Source of the DNA: a virus | Virus record (IMG/VR): IMGVR_UViG_3300008223_000001 | Span: 1-56,960 of that record | Direction: 5' to 3' (one strand) | Length of the DNA stretch: 56,960 nt | In this document: positions 23,689-32,654 of the stretch, in pieces | How the letters are laid out: each line of letters starts with the position of its first letter | Position numbering within the stretch: position 1 is the stretch's first letter | Notes under the pieces: model-generated | What the model saw: only the letters and a program-made list of their open reading frames with translations | Database searches by the model: none | What the model was told of the DNA's origin: nothing | Program-made: the position numbers and the translations under genes

Positions 23689-25680
23689 ATGTCTGGTTTT
23701 AATCCATCCCCCGCCACCGGTGGCCATACAATTGATGACTCCGTAATACACCAATCGCTTGAAATTGAGCAGGTAGAAACAGGCAAAAGCGTTAGTAATG
23801 TGCCTGAAACCGACGCGATTGGTGCGCAGCTAATGAACCAGTTTCAAACTTGGAAGGATGCCAAGTTAACAATTGAAAATGAAATGGTGGAAGACTTACG
23901 CGCGTTTAGTTCTAAGTATTCTGAAGAACAAATACGTGGGATGGGAGATTTGCGCTCCAAGGTCTATTTTGGCATTACCCGCACTAAAGCCATGGCGGCA
24001 TATTCACGCCTAGTCGATCTACTGATGCAAGGCGGCGATCCTGCTTGGTCAGTGGCCCCGACTCCGGAGCCAGAGCTTAACCAAGAACTGACGCGTGCTA
24101 TTCGCTTGAAAGCCATGCAGGACATCATTAATCACGCCAATGGTGTCGATTTAATACCCGAAGACTTCCGCGAGTATGTACAAGAGCGTGAAGCAGAACT
24201 GGAGGTGATTGTAAAAGAGGCCGTGGAAGAACACGCCAAAGAAACGGCCGAGAAAATGACCGTGGTGATTAAAGATCAATTGATCGAAGGGGCTTTTGAT
24301 CAGTTGTTTAAAACAGCGCTCTTGGAAATGTGCATCGTGGGTCATGGTTGCCTTAAAGGCGTGACACTTAAGATCGATAAACGCAAGCGTTGGAAACAAA
24401 ATCAGAAGTGGTCAGCCGAAGCGTTTGAACAAATTGCCCCGAAAATATCAGCGCCATCGGTGTTTAATTTATACCCCGATCCTTATTGTACCGACAAGGA
24501 TGACATGATCGGCATTTATGAACGTCATATTCTAACCAAAGGTCAATTTATTAAAATGGCCGAGACTGGCTCTGGTTTTCGTATGAAGGTCGTGTGGGAG
24601 ATTGTGACGCTTACCCGTAGCGGCAATCATACCGAAGAGGCGCACGAAATTGAACGCAGACAGATGGCCGGCCTTTCGCCCAGTGGTGAATCTAATCGTT
24701 TTGAAGTGCTCGAATATTGGGGCGCAATGGATGGCCAAGATCTAGAACAATGCGGCTGTAAAGTTCCCGACACAAAGCGAGTCTATCAAGCCAATATCTG
24801 GATGTGTGCATCCCGCGTGATTAAAGCACAACTTAATCCTTATGATGCCGATGAAATCCCGTATCACTTGTTTCCTTATGAGCGTGTGCCGCACCAATTT
24901 TGGGGAACCAGCATTGCGCGCATGATGCGTGATTCACAAGAAACGATTAACACCGCTATACGAGTCTTTCTCGATAACACCGCGATCTCTTCAGGGCCAC
25001 AAGTTGAAGTGAACATGGATATGTTGCACGCCACAGAAGATGCAACTCAGATCTATCCGTGGAAAATTTGGAAGCGTTCGGGCTCAGATGCCACCCATCC
25101 GATGCTGCGCTTTTATCAACCGGCCAACCATAGCAGTTCATTAGAAAAGATTATTGAAATGTTTCGTCGCTTTATTGATGAGGAAACCAGCTTACCCAGT
25201 TATACACATGGATCTCAAGGCGAAGGCTTAAACAAAACAGCGTCCGGCATGTCGATGCTGATGGGGGCCGCCAATGTCGCGATTAAATCCGTGGTGAAAA
25301 ACATTGATGACTTTTGTATTCGTCCTCTTATTTCCTCGTTGTACGACTGGAACATGCAGTGGAATGATGACGAAGCGATCAAGGGTGATTTAAAAGTGGA
25401 TGCCCGTGGATCAACAGTATTGATTGCCAAAGAAATTCAAAGCAACCGCATGATTCAATTTGCGCAGCTTACCGCCGGCGACCCCACCGTGGATCGTGTT
25501 TATTTAAACCGAGAGATTGCAAAGTCGCTCGAAATTGATTCAGAAAAGGCCGTCCCTGATGCACCAAGCTCCGAAGAACTTATCGCCGCAGGAGGCGGAG
25601 GTGGTATTGACCCAGCTCAGGCCCAACTTGCCGCTCCGCAAAACGCTCAGCAAGTTCCTACTTCGGCAACGTTCAGTTAA
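23689..25680 (+). CDS. Portal protein
   Basis: 663 aa, starting immediately after the large terminase (stop-start abutting), upstream of scaffold and coat. Size and position are typical. Confidence 0.7.
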   Translation: MSGFNPSPATGGHTIDDSVIHQSLEIEQVETGKSVSNVPETDAIGAQLMNQFQTWKDAKLTIENEMVEDLRAFSSKYSEEQIRGMGDLRSKVYFGITRTKAMAAYSRLVDLLMQGGDPAWSVAPTPEPELNQELTRAIRLKAMQDIINHANGVDLIPEDFREYVQEREAELEVIVKEAVEEHAKETAEKMTVVIKDQLIEGAFDQLFKTALLEMCIVGHGCLKGVTLKIDKRKRWKQNQKWSAEAFEQIAPKISAPSVFNLYPDPYCTDKDDMIGIYERHILTKGQFIKMAETGSGFRMKVVWEIVTLTRSGNHTEEAHEIERRQMAGLSPSGESNRFEVLEYWGAMDGQDLEQCGCKVPDTKRVYQANIWMCASRVIKAQLNPYDADEIPYHLFPYERVPHQFWGTSIARMMRDSQETINTAIRVFLDNTAISSGPQVEVNMDMLHATEDATQIYPWKIWKRSGSDATHPMLRFYQPANHSSSLEKIIEMFRRFIDEETSLPSYTHGSQGEGLNKTASGMSMLMGAANVAIKSVVKNIDDFCIRPLISSLYDWNMQWNDDEAIKGDLKVDARGSTVLIAKEIQSNRMIQFAQLTAGDPTVDRVYLNREIAKSLEIDSEKAVPDAPSSEELIAAGGGGGIDPAQAQLAAPQNAQQVPTSATFS

Positions 25681-26005
25681 TCACGAGCAGCTTGAAGTCG
25701 AAACCGATCTATTAAAGATAGGCCGGCTTCAAGGTCGCAATGCAAACATCAAAGATTTATTAAATTTAGTCAAACAAGCAAGTGAAATTCACGACAGTCA
25801 GTAGCGTTAACGTCCCGCGCTAAAGACTTCACCCCCCTAGATTAAAGGCAACGCCCTTAAGGCTCGATGCGTAAGTTCGCTACTTACAAATTAAGCCCCA
25901 CGGTACACGTTTGCCTGAAATTTAGGTTTTACCCACCGACGTGGACACGTTTTGCGGCCCTTGAAAGAGGCACACCAAAGCAACTCCCCACAAGGAACTA
26001 CCTTT

Positions 26006-26938
26006 ATGCCAGATTATTTAGAACCAGAAGATGAATGGGCTCACTTGGATGATGAAGCGGATGCGCTGATTGATCCGACGACCGCGAAGACCCCTGAAGT
26101 TGTTGAAAAACAAATTAACCAGGCACAGTCTGAAACGATCGTTGAAAAAACAAATATCCCTGAAAAATCAACCCCCGACACCTCCGAGCTTAACCATGAT
26201 GCCGTGGACGGTTTGACCGCCACGCAATGGAAAGAGCGTTATGACAATGCAACCGCACGTATGCACCAAGCGATCGAGGAAGCTAACACGCTTCGCAAAT
26301 CAACGAGTGACACCGAAACGCTGCAAACCGCATTGGATAACGCGCTGAATGAACTCGCCACGCTCAAGACACAAGCCCCCGTTGTACCCGTTACGTCTCC
26401 GGACGGTGCGAGCGACGATGCTTTGAATAGTCTTGCTGAGGATTACGAGCAATTCAAACCATTGGTTGAAGAAATGAAAGCACAGCGAGCACAGTTAAAA
26501 CAACAGGGTCAGGCGGCTGAAAGTACCGCGAAGTCGGCCCAGCTGAGTGCTAAAGCGGATAACGAGCGCGTCCACATGGATGCGATCGTTGCGGCACATG
26601 CTGATGCTATGGATATACACGGGAGTGCCGAGTTTAATGGCTGGTTGGCTCGCCAACCTGCATACATCAAACAGGCGGTTGATAACGGTTCCGCTGCGGA
26701 TGTGATCGATCTCTTAGATCGTTACAAACTCAGTACGGGCCATGGTTCAAATAAAGTGACTGAAGATAAGCTTAAAGCCGCACGCACTATCGCAGATAAC
26801 GCGCCGGCACCAAGCGCAGGGGACGGACAAGCGAAGCCCCGCTTTACTCAAGAACAAATTGGTCGCATGACTCAGGCTGAATATGATGCCAATGAAGATG
26901 CGATCGATGAGTGGATGAAGGACGGCGGAGCTTCATAA
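26006..26938 (+). CDS. Scaffolding protein
   Basis: Acidic, Ala/Gln-rich helical protein located between portal and coat. aaggaa lies 9 nt before ATG 26006. Confidence 0.6.
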   Translation: MPDYLEPEDEWAHLDDEADALIDPTTAKTPEVVEKQINQAQSETIVEKTNIPEKSTPDTSELNHDAVDGLTATQWKERYDNATARMHQAIEEANTLRKSTSDTETLQTALDNALNELATLKTQAPVVPVTSPDGASDDALNSLAEDYEQFKPLVEEMKAQRAQLKQQGQAAESTAKSAQLSAKADNERVHMDAIVAAHADAMDIHGSAEFNGWLARQPAYIKQAVDNGSAADVIDLLDRYKLSTGHGSNKVTEDKLKAARTIADNAPAPSAGDGQAKPRFTQEQIGRMTQAEYDANEDAIDEWMKDGGAS

Positions 26939-26982
26939 GTTCGTGACGCATTTTATAGCGTCCTTTTTATGAGGAATACCCT

Positions 26983-27864
26983 ATGCCAATCGCAGCAGGA
27001 AATTTTATCCCTGAAGTTTGGTCGAAAAAGTTAAATCGTCGTTTTTACGGCAACACCGTTTGCATGGCAGTCGCAAACAGAAATTGGGAAGGAGATATCA
27101 CCGGACACGGAAATAAGGTAATTATTCGTGGAACACCAGAAGTACTCATTTCTGACTATTCGGCTCATGGCACCCTTACTTATGAGACGCTTAGTGTAGG
27201 TAAGCAAGAGCTTTTGATTGACCGTGGGAAAGCCTTTAGCTTCAAAGTTGACGACATTGAAAAGGTGCAATCTGACGTTGCGCTAGTCAATGCGGCGACC
27301 ACTGATGCCGGTCACAAGATGAAGATCCACGTTGATAAAGACGTATTAGGCAATATTTACGCGGATTGTGGTCAGATTTTGGATGGTTCTAGCGGTATCG
27401 ATAAGTCAAATGTGACAGATTATATTGTCGACAGTGGCACGCTTTTGGATGAATCAAACATCCCTGAAGAGGGGCGCTGGATTATCATACCACCATGGAT
27501 GGCTGGCATGATTAAGAAGTCCGATCTATCCGACGCGTCGATCTCAGGTGACGGTACGTCGATGAAACGTAACGGTTATTTAGGCGTCATTGATCGCTAC
27601 AAAATCTACGTTTCAAATCACCTTGCGAGTGTCGATGATGCGGGCGTGGCATTTGGTGAAAGTGGATTTGATCCGTCAACCCTGAAAACCAAATGTATTG
27701 CCGGCACGAAAGATTTGTTCTGCTTTGCGTCACAATTCACTAAATCTGAAACTGTTCGTTTGGTGGATCAATTTGGTGATGGTATCCGTGGCTTGAACTG
27801 CTACGGCTTCAAAGTGACCAACCCTGAAGCGGGTATTATGTTGAACTCAAAACGCGGAGTCTAA
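26983..27864 (+). CDS. Major capsid protein (P22-coat / N4-gp56-like pattern)
   Basis: The N-terminus GNFIPEVWSKKLNRRFYGNTVCMAVANRNWEGDITGHGNKVII matches the coat family I know (FIPEIWS...vnrdyeg...G.tV.I). A strong terminator follows. Confidence 0.75.
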   Translation: MPIAAGNFIPEVWSKKLNRRFYGNTVCMAVANRNWEGDITGHGNKVIIRGTPEVLISDYSAHGTLTYETLSVGKQELLIDRGKAFSFKVDDIEKVQSDVALVNAATTDAGHKMKIHVDKDVLGNIYADCGQILDGSSGIDKSNVTDYIVDSGTLLDESNIPEEGRWIIIPPWMAGMIKKSDLSDASISGDGTSMKRNGYLGVIDRYKIYVSNHLASVDDAGVAFGESGFDPSTLKTKCIAGTKDLFCFASQFTKSETVRLVDQFGDGIRGLNCYGFKVTNPEAGIMLNSKRGV

Positions 27865-27905
27865 GCGCGTTTAATCGTCTCGTTAGGTGAGGCGATCAAT
27901 AATGC

Positions 27906-27936
27906 AAAAAGGCCGCTCATTGAGTGGCCTTTTTTG
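27906..27936 (+). terminator. Rho-independent terminator after the coat gene
   Basis: aaaaaggccgctc-att-gagtggcc followed by T6. Confidence 0.8.
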
Positions 27937-27968
27937 TTTCATTTTAAAATTTTATTGGAGTTAATCTT

Positions 27969-28301
27969 ATGGATCTCATGAGCATGACGAAAGATGATCT
28001 AGCGATCCACGCATTTGACAAATTTGGCGTGGAACTGGATCTAAGTAAACGCATCAAAAAACTTCGTGCTGAAGTGTTGTTGCTTGAAGAGGGCGGCAGT
28101 CTTGAAGAGGAAGAGGAGGAGGACGAAATTCCAGAAGGTAAACGTTTGATGCTGAAAAATCCCCGCACTGGCCTATCGTTTCCACCCACTAAACAACTGA
28201 TGGCGCGCACTGATTTGCTGCATGTGTATGTTGATATCCCTAAGCCAGCTGTAGAAGACGTGACGACGGATAGCGACGGCAACGCGGTTCTTGAGGCGTA
28301 A
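27969..28301 (+). CDS. Hypothetical acidic head-associated protein
   Basis: 110 aa with a poly-E tract. Confidence 0.5.
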   Translation: MDLMSMTKDDLAIHAFDKFGVELDLSKRIKKLRAEVLLLEEGGSLEEEEEEDEIPEGKRLMLKNPRTGLSFPPTKQLMARTDLLHVYVDIPKPAVEDVTTDSDGNAVLEA

Positions 28302-28304
28302 TTG

Positions 28305-28943
28305 ATGCAAATAAATACCCTAATTAATCAAGCCGCGCTGGCACTGAACGATCTTTCGTTTACTCGATGGACTCAGGATGAGTTGTTGGGGTATTTGAAC
28401 AAGGCCGTGGTCGTCCTAATCGGCTATCGCCCTGATGCCAGTACCGTCAACAAACGCTTTACGTGTGTCGCCGATACGATGCAAACCTTTAGCGCCGACG
28501 AATTACGTCTAATTGACGTGGTGCGCAACGTAGAAACCGGTGAGCCGATTAAATACATGGATAAGAACACCATTGATACCATTATTCCACGCTGGCACAA
28601 CGAAGCGATGGAAGATGATGTTGAGTTCTATATGTATGACGATCGTATCCCCAAAACCTTTTATTTGTACCCCTACCCACCGGCCGGCCATGAGATTGAT
28701 TTAGTGTTCTCAGTACTCCCCCCGCCCATAGTCGTGGACGATTGGAATACCAATAACGTGGCACTGCCGCTCGATGATATTTATCAAGTCGCCCTTGCGC
28801 ATTACATTCTGTATCAGGCGTACGGTAAGGATACCGCAGTAGGCAACATTCAAAAATCGATGCTGGAATTGCAAGCCTTTGCAAGTGTGCTGAATGTGAA
28901 ATTGAAAATGGATATTGCCGCCTCTCCTGAATCCAACCAATAG
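28305..28943 (+). CDS. Putative head-tail adaptor-like protein
   Basis: Its position after the coat gene supports the call. The C-terminal pattern (YQVALAHYILYQAYGKD) resembles the C-terminal half of 35141..36487. Confidence 0.3.
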   Translation: MQINTLINQAALALNDLSFTRWTQDELLGYLNKAVVVLIGYRPDASTVNKRFTCVADTMQTFSADELRLIDVVRNVETGEPIKYMDKNTIDTIIPRWHNEAMEDDVEFYMYDDRIPKTFYLYPYPPAGHEIDLVFSVLPPPIVVDDWNTNNVALPLDDIYQVALAHYILYQAYGKDTAVGNIQKSMLELQAFASVLNVKLKMDIAASPESNQ

Positions 28944-28955
28944 CGAGGTAAACGT

Positions 28956-29408
28956 ATGCCCAGTGGCAAGTTACAACTGTACAACAAATACCAACTAAAC
29001 CAAGCCAAAGACATTATCTCGATTAGTTCTGATTCATTGAAGTTAGCGATCGTTAGTGCAGGTTCTAATGCGGCCGATTTGAGCTTGGAGTACTTCAACC
29101 AAATCACCAACGAGATATCAGCCGCCAATGGTTATACGGCCGGCGGCGAAGTGATTGGCAACATCACAATTACCGAAGCCGCAGGGGTCACCACCATCAA
29201 TGGGGAAGACTTCAATATCTTAGCGGCAGGGGGTTCGATCACCGGTCGTTATGGAGTGTTGTATTCAGACACTTCGGCAGGCAAATGTCTCATTGGCGTC
29301 GTCTTGCTCGTTGAACCGGCCGCTGATTTAACCGCCTTAGATACCCAATTCTTCGTCGTCCAGTGGCCAGCCACCGGCATCTTCACCCTAACCCCTAACA
29401 ACGCTTAA
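28956..29408 (+). CDS. Virion structural protein, hypothetical
   Basis: 150-aa ORF in the late operon. Confidence 0.5.
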   Translation: MPSGKLQLYNKYQLNQAKDIISISSDSLKLAIVSAGSNAADLSLEYFNQITNEISAANGYTAGGEVIGNITITEAAGVTTINGEDFNILAAGGSITGRYGVLYSDTSAGKCLIGVVLLVEPAADLTALDTQFFVVQWPATGIFTLTPNNA

Positions 29409-29435
29409 ACACTCACTTTTATACAGGAATTTATT

Positions 29436-29900
29436 ATGGGTACTTTTAATCGCGCCAAAGGCATTGTGCCTGCGATGCATAATCGCGTCAAAAACAATGA
29501 CCCTGCGACTTCGGGAATAGTTTTAATTCTGCTATCGGCGGCCGTGTCAGATGCGGTGATGGAGGATTATTCAACACTTACGGCTTTGCTTGCGGCAAAT
29601 ACCGAATGTGTTTTCGACAACTACTCGCGCAAGGTATTAACCGACGCTGAAATTGCGAGTTCTGTTATTGATAATACCGCCAACTCTCATTACGTAAATG
29701 TGCCAGCCGTGACGTACACCTCAGCAGGGGGCACCACAGACGAGACCGTCATTCGAGGCATCGTGTGTTATGTCGCCGATGTCGCCGATGTCGCCGTGGA
29801 TGCGAACTTGGAGTTGTTGACGTATCACACGACCAACGCGCTAACCAATGGCAATAACCTAAATCTCAACGCTGGCACTTATTTTACCGCGACTGCATAA
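29436..29900 (+). CDS. Virion structural protein, hypothetical
   Basis: 154-aa ORF preceded by aggaa. Confidence 0.5.
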   Translation: MGTFNRAKGIVPAMHNRVKNNDPATSGIVLILLSAAVSDAVMEDYSTLTALLAANTECVFDNYSRKVLTDAEIASSVIDNTANSHYVNVPAVTYTSAGGTTDETVIRGIVCYVADVADVAVDANLELLTYHTTNALTNGNNLNLNAGTYFTATA

Positions 29901-29910
29901 GGAGTAAATT

Positions 29911-30672
29911 ATGGGTCAGCATTCCTTTCCAGCCGATTCCTACCCCGTTGGCACCTTATTATCCTCATTAGGATGGACAGGGGCGGGTAGTCCTGTTAGC
30001 GAATTTACCGTCATCGAATATTTGGCAACAGGGCGAAAATACTGGCAGCAAACAGCAGGGCCAGCGACCAATAATTTAGGAGCCCCGACTTATAAACGAA
30101 CGCATGGCGGGATGTATTTTGACGCCTCATCAGGGGACTGCGAAATACTACTGCTAACCAACTTTACGGGTGCGGAGTTGGGGGCTGTTGCGATGGGCTT
30201 CTGTGCTTCGGTACATGATGCGGCTAGTATTTTTGGGCCAACAGCAGTCACGCTGGTTAATAAAGATACGGGCGTATTTTCAGGCTTTGGCTATAACAAT
30301 GCTGGCCATACAACTCCCGCGACGACGGATGGTTTAATAGGTAAACCGGCCGCATTACGAATCACAGAGCAAACCGGCACCAACTATACGGTATCAATGT
30401 GGACAGCCGAAATGGATGGGCTGGAAGCAGCCGAAGCAGGGAGCAGTCAAGTAGTTCAAACGGGCAGCTCAAGTGATCAATCAGGCACCTTAGTTGGTAT
30501 CGACTCGAACGATTGGACAAGTGAGGTGAGCCAATTCTGGTATAGCCATATTGGCGTGGGTACAGACGGGGAAGCAGCACCTTACCCTCAGCCAGCTCAG
30601 ACTGTTATAACGCCAGTTCCTTCGCCAGTCACGAATATTCAAGCGAATCAAGCCGATTTGAGTTGGGTGTAG
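29911..30672 (+). CDS. Structural protein ending in the first strands of an FN3-like module
   Basis: 253 aa. The C-terminus is PSPVTNIQANQADLSWV. Confidence 0.55.
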   Translation: MGQHSFPADSYPVGTLLSSLGWTGAGSPVSEFTVIEYLATGRKYWQQTAGPATNNLGAPTYKRTHGGMYFDASSGDCEILLLTNFTGAELGAVAMGFCASVHDAASIFGPTAVTLVNKDTGVFSGFGYNNAGHTTPATTDGLIGKPAALRITEQTGTNYTVSMWTAEMDGLEAAEAGSSQVVQTGSSSDQSGTLVGIDSNDWTSEVSQFWYSHIGVGTDGEAAPYPQPAQTVITPVPSPVTNIQANQADLSWV

Positions 30673-30673
30673 T

Positions 30674-32074
30674 ATGGCGATTTCCTATGATGTTGGTTTA
30701 ACCCGAACAGGGTTTGCGGAAACGATTGCGGTAGGGGTGACAAGCCCCTATACGGCTGAAAGCTTGGTGTTAGGCGCAACGTACAATTTTAGGGTGCGTG
30801 CTGTTGATCTGTCTTCAGGGGTAACATTTACGACCGATTGGTCTGATCCTGTTGAGTTTGTCACCGTCCAAGGCGATGTATCTTTTTCTTTTGCGAGTGC
30901 CATTGAAACTTCAGTAACAAACGATCTGATCTTTGGCTCAGACCCTGTTGTGACATTGGTGGGCAGTAATCCTCAACTCATCATCACCGGTGACGCTTAC
31001 GTTGAACTAAACGCAACCGCGTTTGATGACGATGATGGCGATATTTCCGGTTCGATCGTCATCACAGGCACCGTTGATACGGCCACCAAAGGCATCTACA
31101 CCAAAACCTATACCGTGACGGATAGTGATGGCCGAACGAGTTTTGCTAAGCGTGATATTCATGTGAATACCGCCCTTGCCGCCACGTCTTATTCAATTCG
31201 CTACAACGAAGTGGGCCAAGCAGCAACAACGATCACAGGGATTGCGTCGAGCCCTTACACGCTAGAAGGGCTTGTTGGTGGCACTGATTATGAATTTCAG
31301 GTTAAAGCCGACACCGATGGAATAGAAGAGAGTGAATGGTCTGCAAAGACTGCCTTCTCAACGACAGCCGTCCAGCATGTGTACATGGATTTCACGAGCG
31401 CAACTGAAACCTCCATCGCGGAACCGCTTTCGCTCGTCGCTGCATCAACTGCCGATGTTGATTTCAGCTTTACACCCGCCACGGAAACTTCAACCACTCA
31501 AGACATGGTTTTGGAAACCGCCGAAGCACTTCCGCTAGTCGCGGCGACGTCGTGGGATCTAGAAATAACAGATCTTACAACCGGCATACTGACAGAAACA
31601 GACAAACTCAACCCCCTGTTATCTCCCTCATTTGTCGCGCAAGGATTAACGGAAGGAACCGAACACTTTTTTCAAGTACGCGGGAAAAGTGGCGGTAATG
31701 TTAGCGAATGGTCAGAGAAACAATATTTTGCAACGATCCACTCAACGCATCATGTGGTATTGCCCGTCGCGCAAGCAGATACCGAATTAACCTTTATTGA
31801 GGTTTTAATTACGTCCGCCACCGTCGACGAGGTGAATGAAATTGCGGTGTTTACAGGCACCGTGAACCAGCCGAATACCAGCGTTAGAGTGAACTTTTTT
31901 AACAAAGATTATTTTATAGATTCCCAAGTGATTTTTTGGAATGAGTTTACCGACCTCTATGAATGGACACTCACCATAGGTGAAGAGTTAGAAATAGGCT
32001 CAGACGAGTTAGAACCAATAGAACTTATTGCAAATTCTAATGGCGATACATTACTTTTTAGCAGGATTGATTAG
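30674..32074 (+). CDS. Tail/fibre protein with FN3-like modules and an Ig-like module
   Basis: FN3-like units: SPYTAESLVLGATYNFRVRAVD, SPYTLEGLVGGTDYEFQVKA and GLTEGTEHFFQVRG. Ig-like (DUF5011-type) module: AYVELNATAFDDDDGDISGSIVITGTVDTATKGIYTKTYTVTDSDGRT. Confidence 0.65.
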   Translation: MAISYDVGLTRTGFAETIAVGVTSPYTAESLVLGATYNFRVRAVDLSSGVTFTTDWSDPVEFVTVQGDVSFSFASAIETSVTNDLIFGSDPVVTLVGSNPQLIITGDAYVELNATAFDDDDGDISGSIVITGTVDTATKGIYTKTYTVTDSDGRTSFAKRDIHVNTALAATSYSIRYNEVGQAATTITGIASSPYTLEGLVGGTDYEFQVKADTDGIEESEWSAKTAFSTTAVQHVYMDFTSATETSIAEPLSLVAASTADVDFSFTPATETSTTQDMVLETAEALPLVAATSWDLEITDLTTGILTETDKLNPLLSPSFVAQGLTEGTEHFFQVRGKSGGNVSEWSEKQYFATIHSTHHVVLPVAQADTELTFIEVLITSATVDEVNEIAVFTGTVNQPNTSVRVNFFNKDYFIDSQVIFWNEFTDLYEWTLTIGEELEIGSDELEPIELIANSNGDTLLFSRID

Positions 32075-32075
32075 C

Positions 32076-32654
32076 ATGCCAACAAAGATAGACTTAGATG
32101 ATTCAAAAGCAGCGAACCCGAATTATGTAATGAGCATGGGCGACCTAATGTTCTTCTGGTCAGGAGGACAGGGATATGCGGGTTCGATACAAAAACTAGC
32201 AGAATTGATCATTCAAGCCACCGTGGCGGAAGTTTCCCAACCAGCCATATCCCACGCAATCGTGAAGTTCGGCGATAGCTTAGAGGACGGAAGAGAGCCC
32301 TCTTTTGGTGGAACCTTTGAATGGAAAGAAGTTGTTATCGATACCGAAGGTTTTTTCTCAGCCGGTTTCCCCTCTAGATTTACCATTCCAGCCGGTGTCA
32401 CGTTAGTCGAAGTGGGGGTAACCATTGACATTCCCGTCGCAGATACCTTAGTGACTCCCAGCTTAATTAAGATCACAAAAAATGGTGACGCGGAAGCCAT
32501 TGTGACCACTCAAATTACCCAAGCGGCGACGTTAGTGTCGCCTCCTATTGCGGTTGTTGGCGGTGATTATATCGAGATTAATCCCAATACGACCATGTAT
32601 ATGAATGTTCCGACGAGCCGCTATTGGATCAAAGTACTTGAGCGAGGTGCGTAA
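32076..32654 (+). CDS. Structural protein, hypothetical
   Basis: ATG 32076 (MPTKIDLDD...) lies just after the upstream stop. Confidence 0.5.
   Translation: MPTKIDLDDSKAANPNYVMSMGDLMFFWSGGQGYAGSIQKLAELIIQATVAEVSQPAISHAIVKFGDSLEDGREPSFGGTFEWKEVVIDTEGFFSAGFPSRFTIPAGVTLVEVGVTIDIPVADTLVTPSLIKITKNGDAEAIVTTQITQAATLVSPPIAVVGGDYIEINPNTTMYMNVPTSRYWIKVLERGA

Noticed and set aside
25517-25804. 95-aa ORF overlapping the portal 3' end and extending 124 nt beyond it.
   Set aside because: Most of it is an alternative frame of the portal gene. There is no RBS and no motif. It is treated as non-coding, and the gap is reported as a finding instead.
27944-28282. 112-aa minus-strand ORF (poly-Ser) opposite the acidic 27969..28301 gene.
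   Set aside because: It is the antisense shadow of a GAA/GAG-rich plus-strand gene within a uniformly plus-strand late operon.
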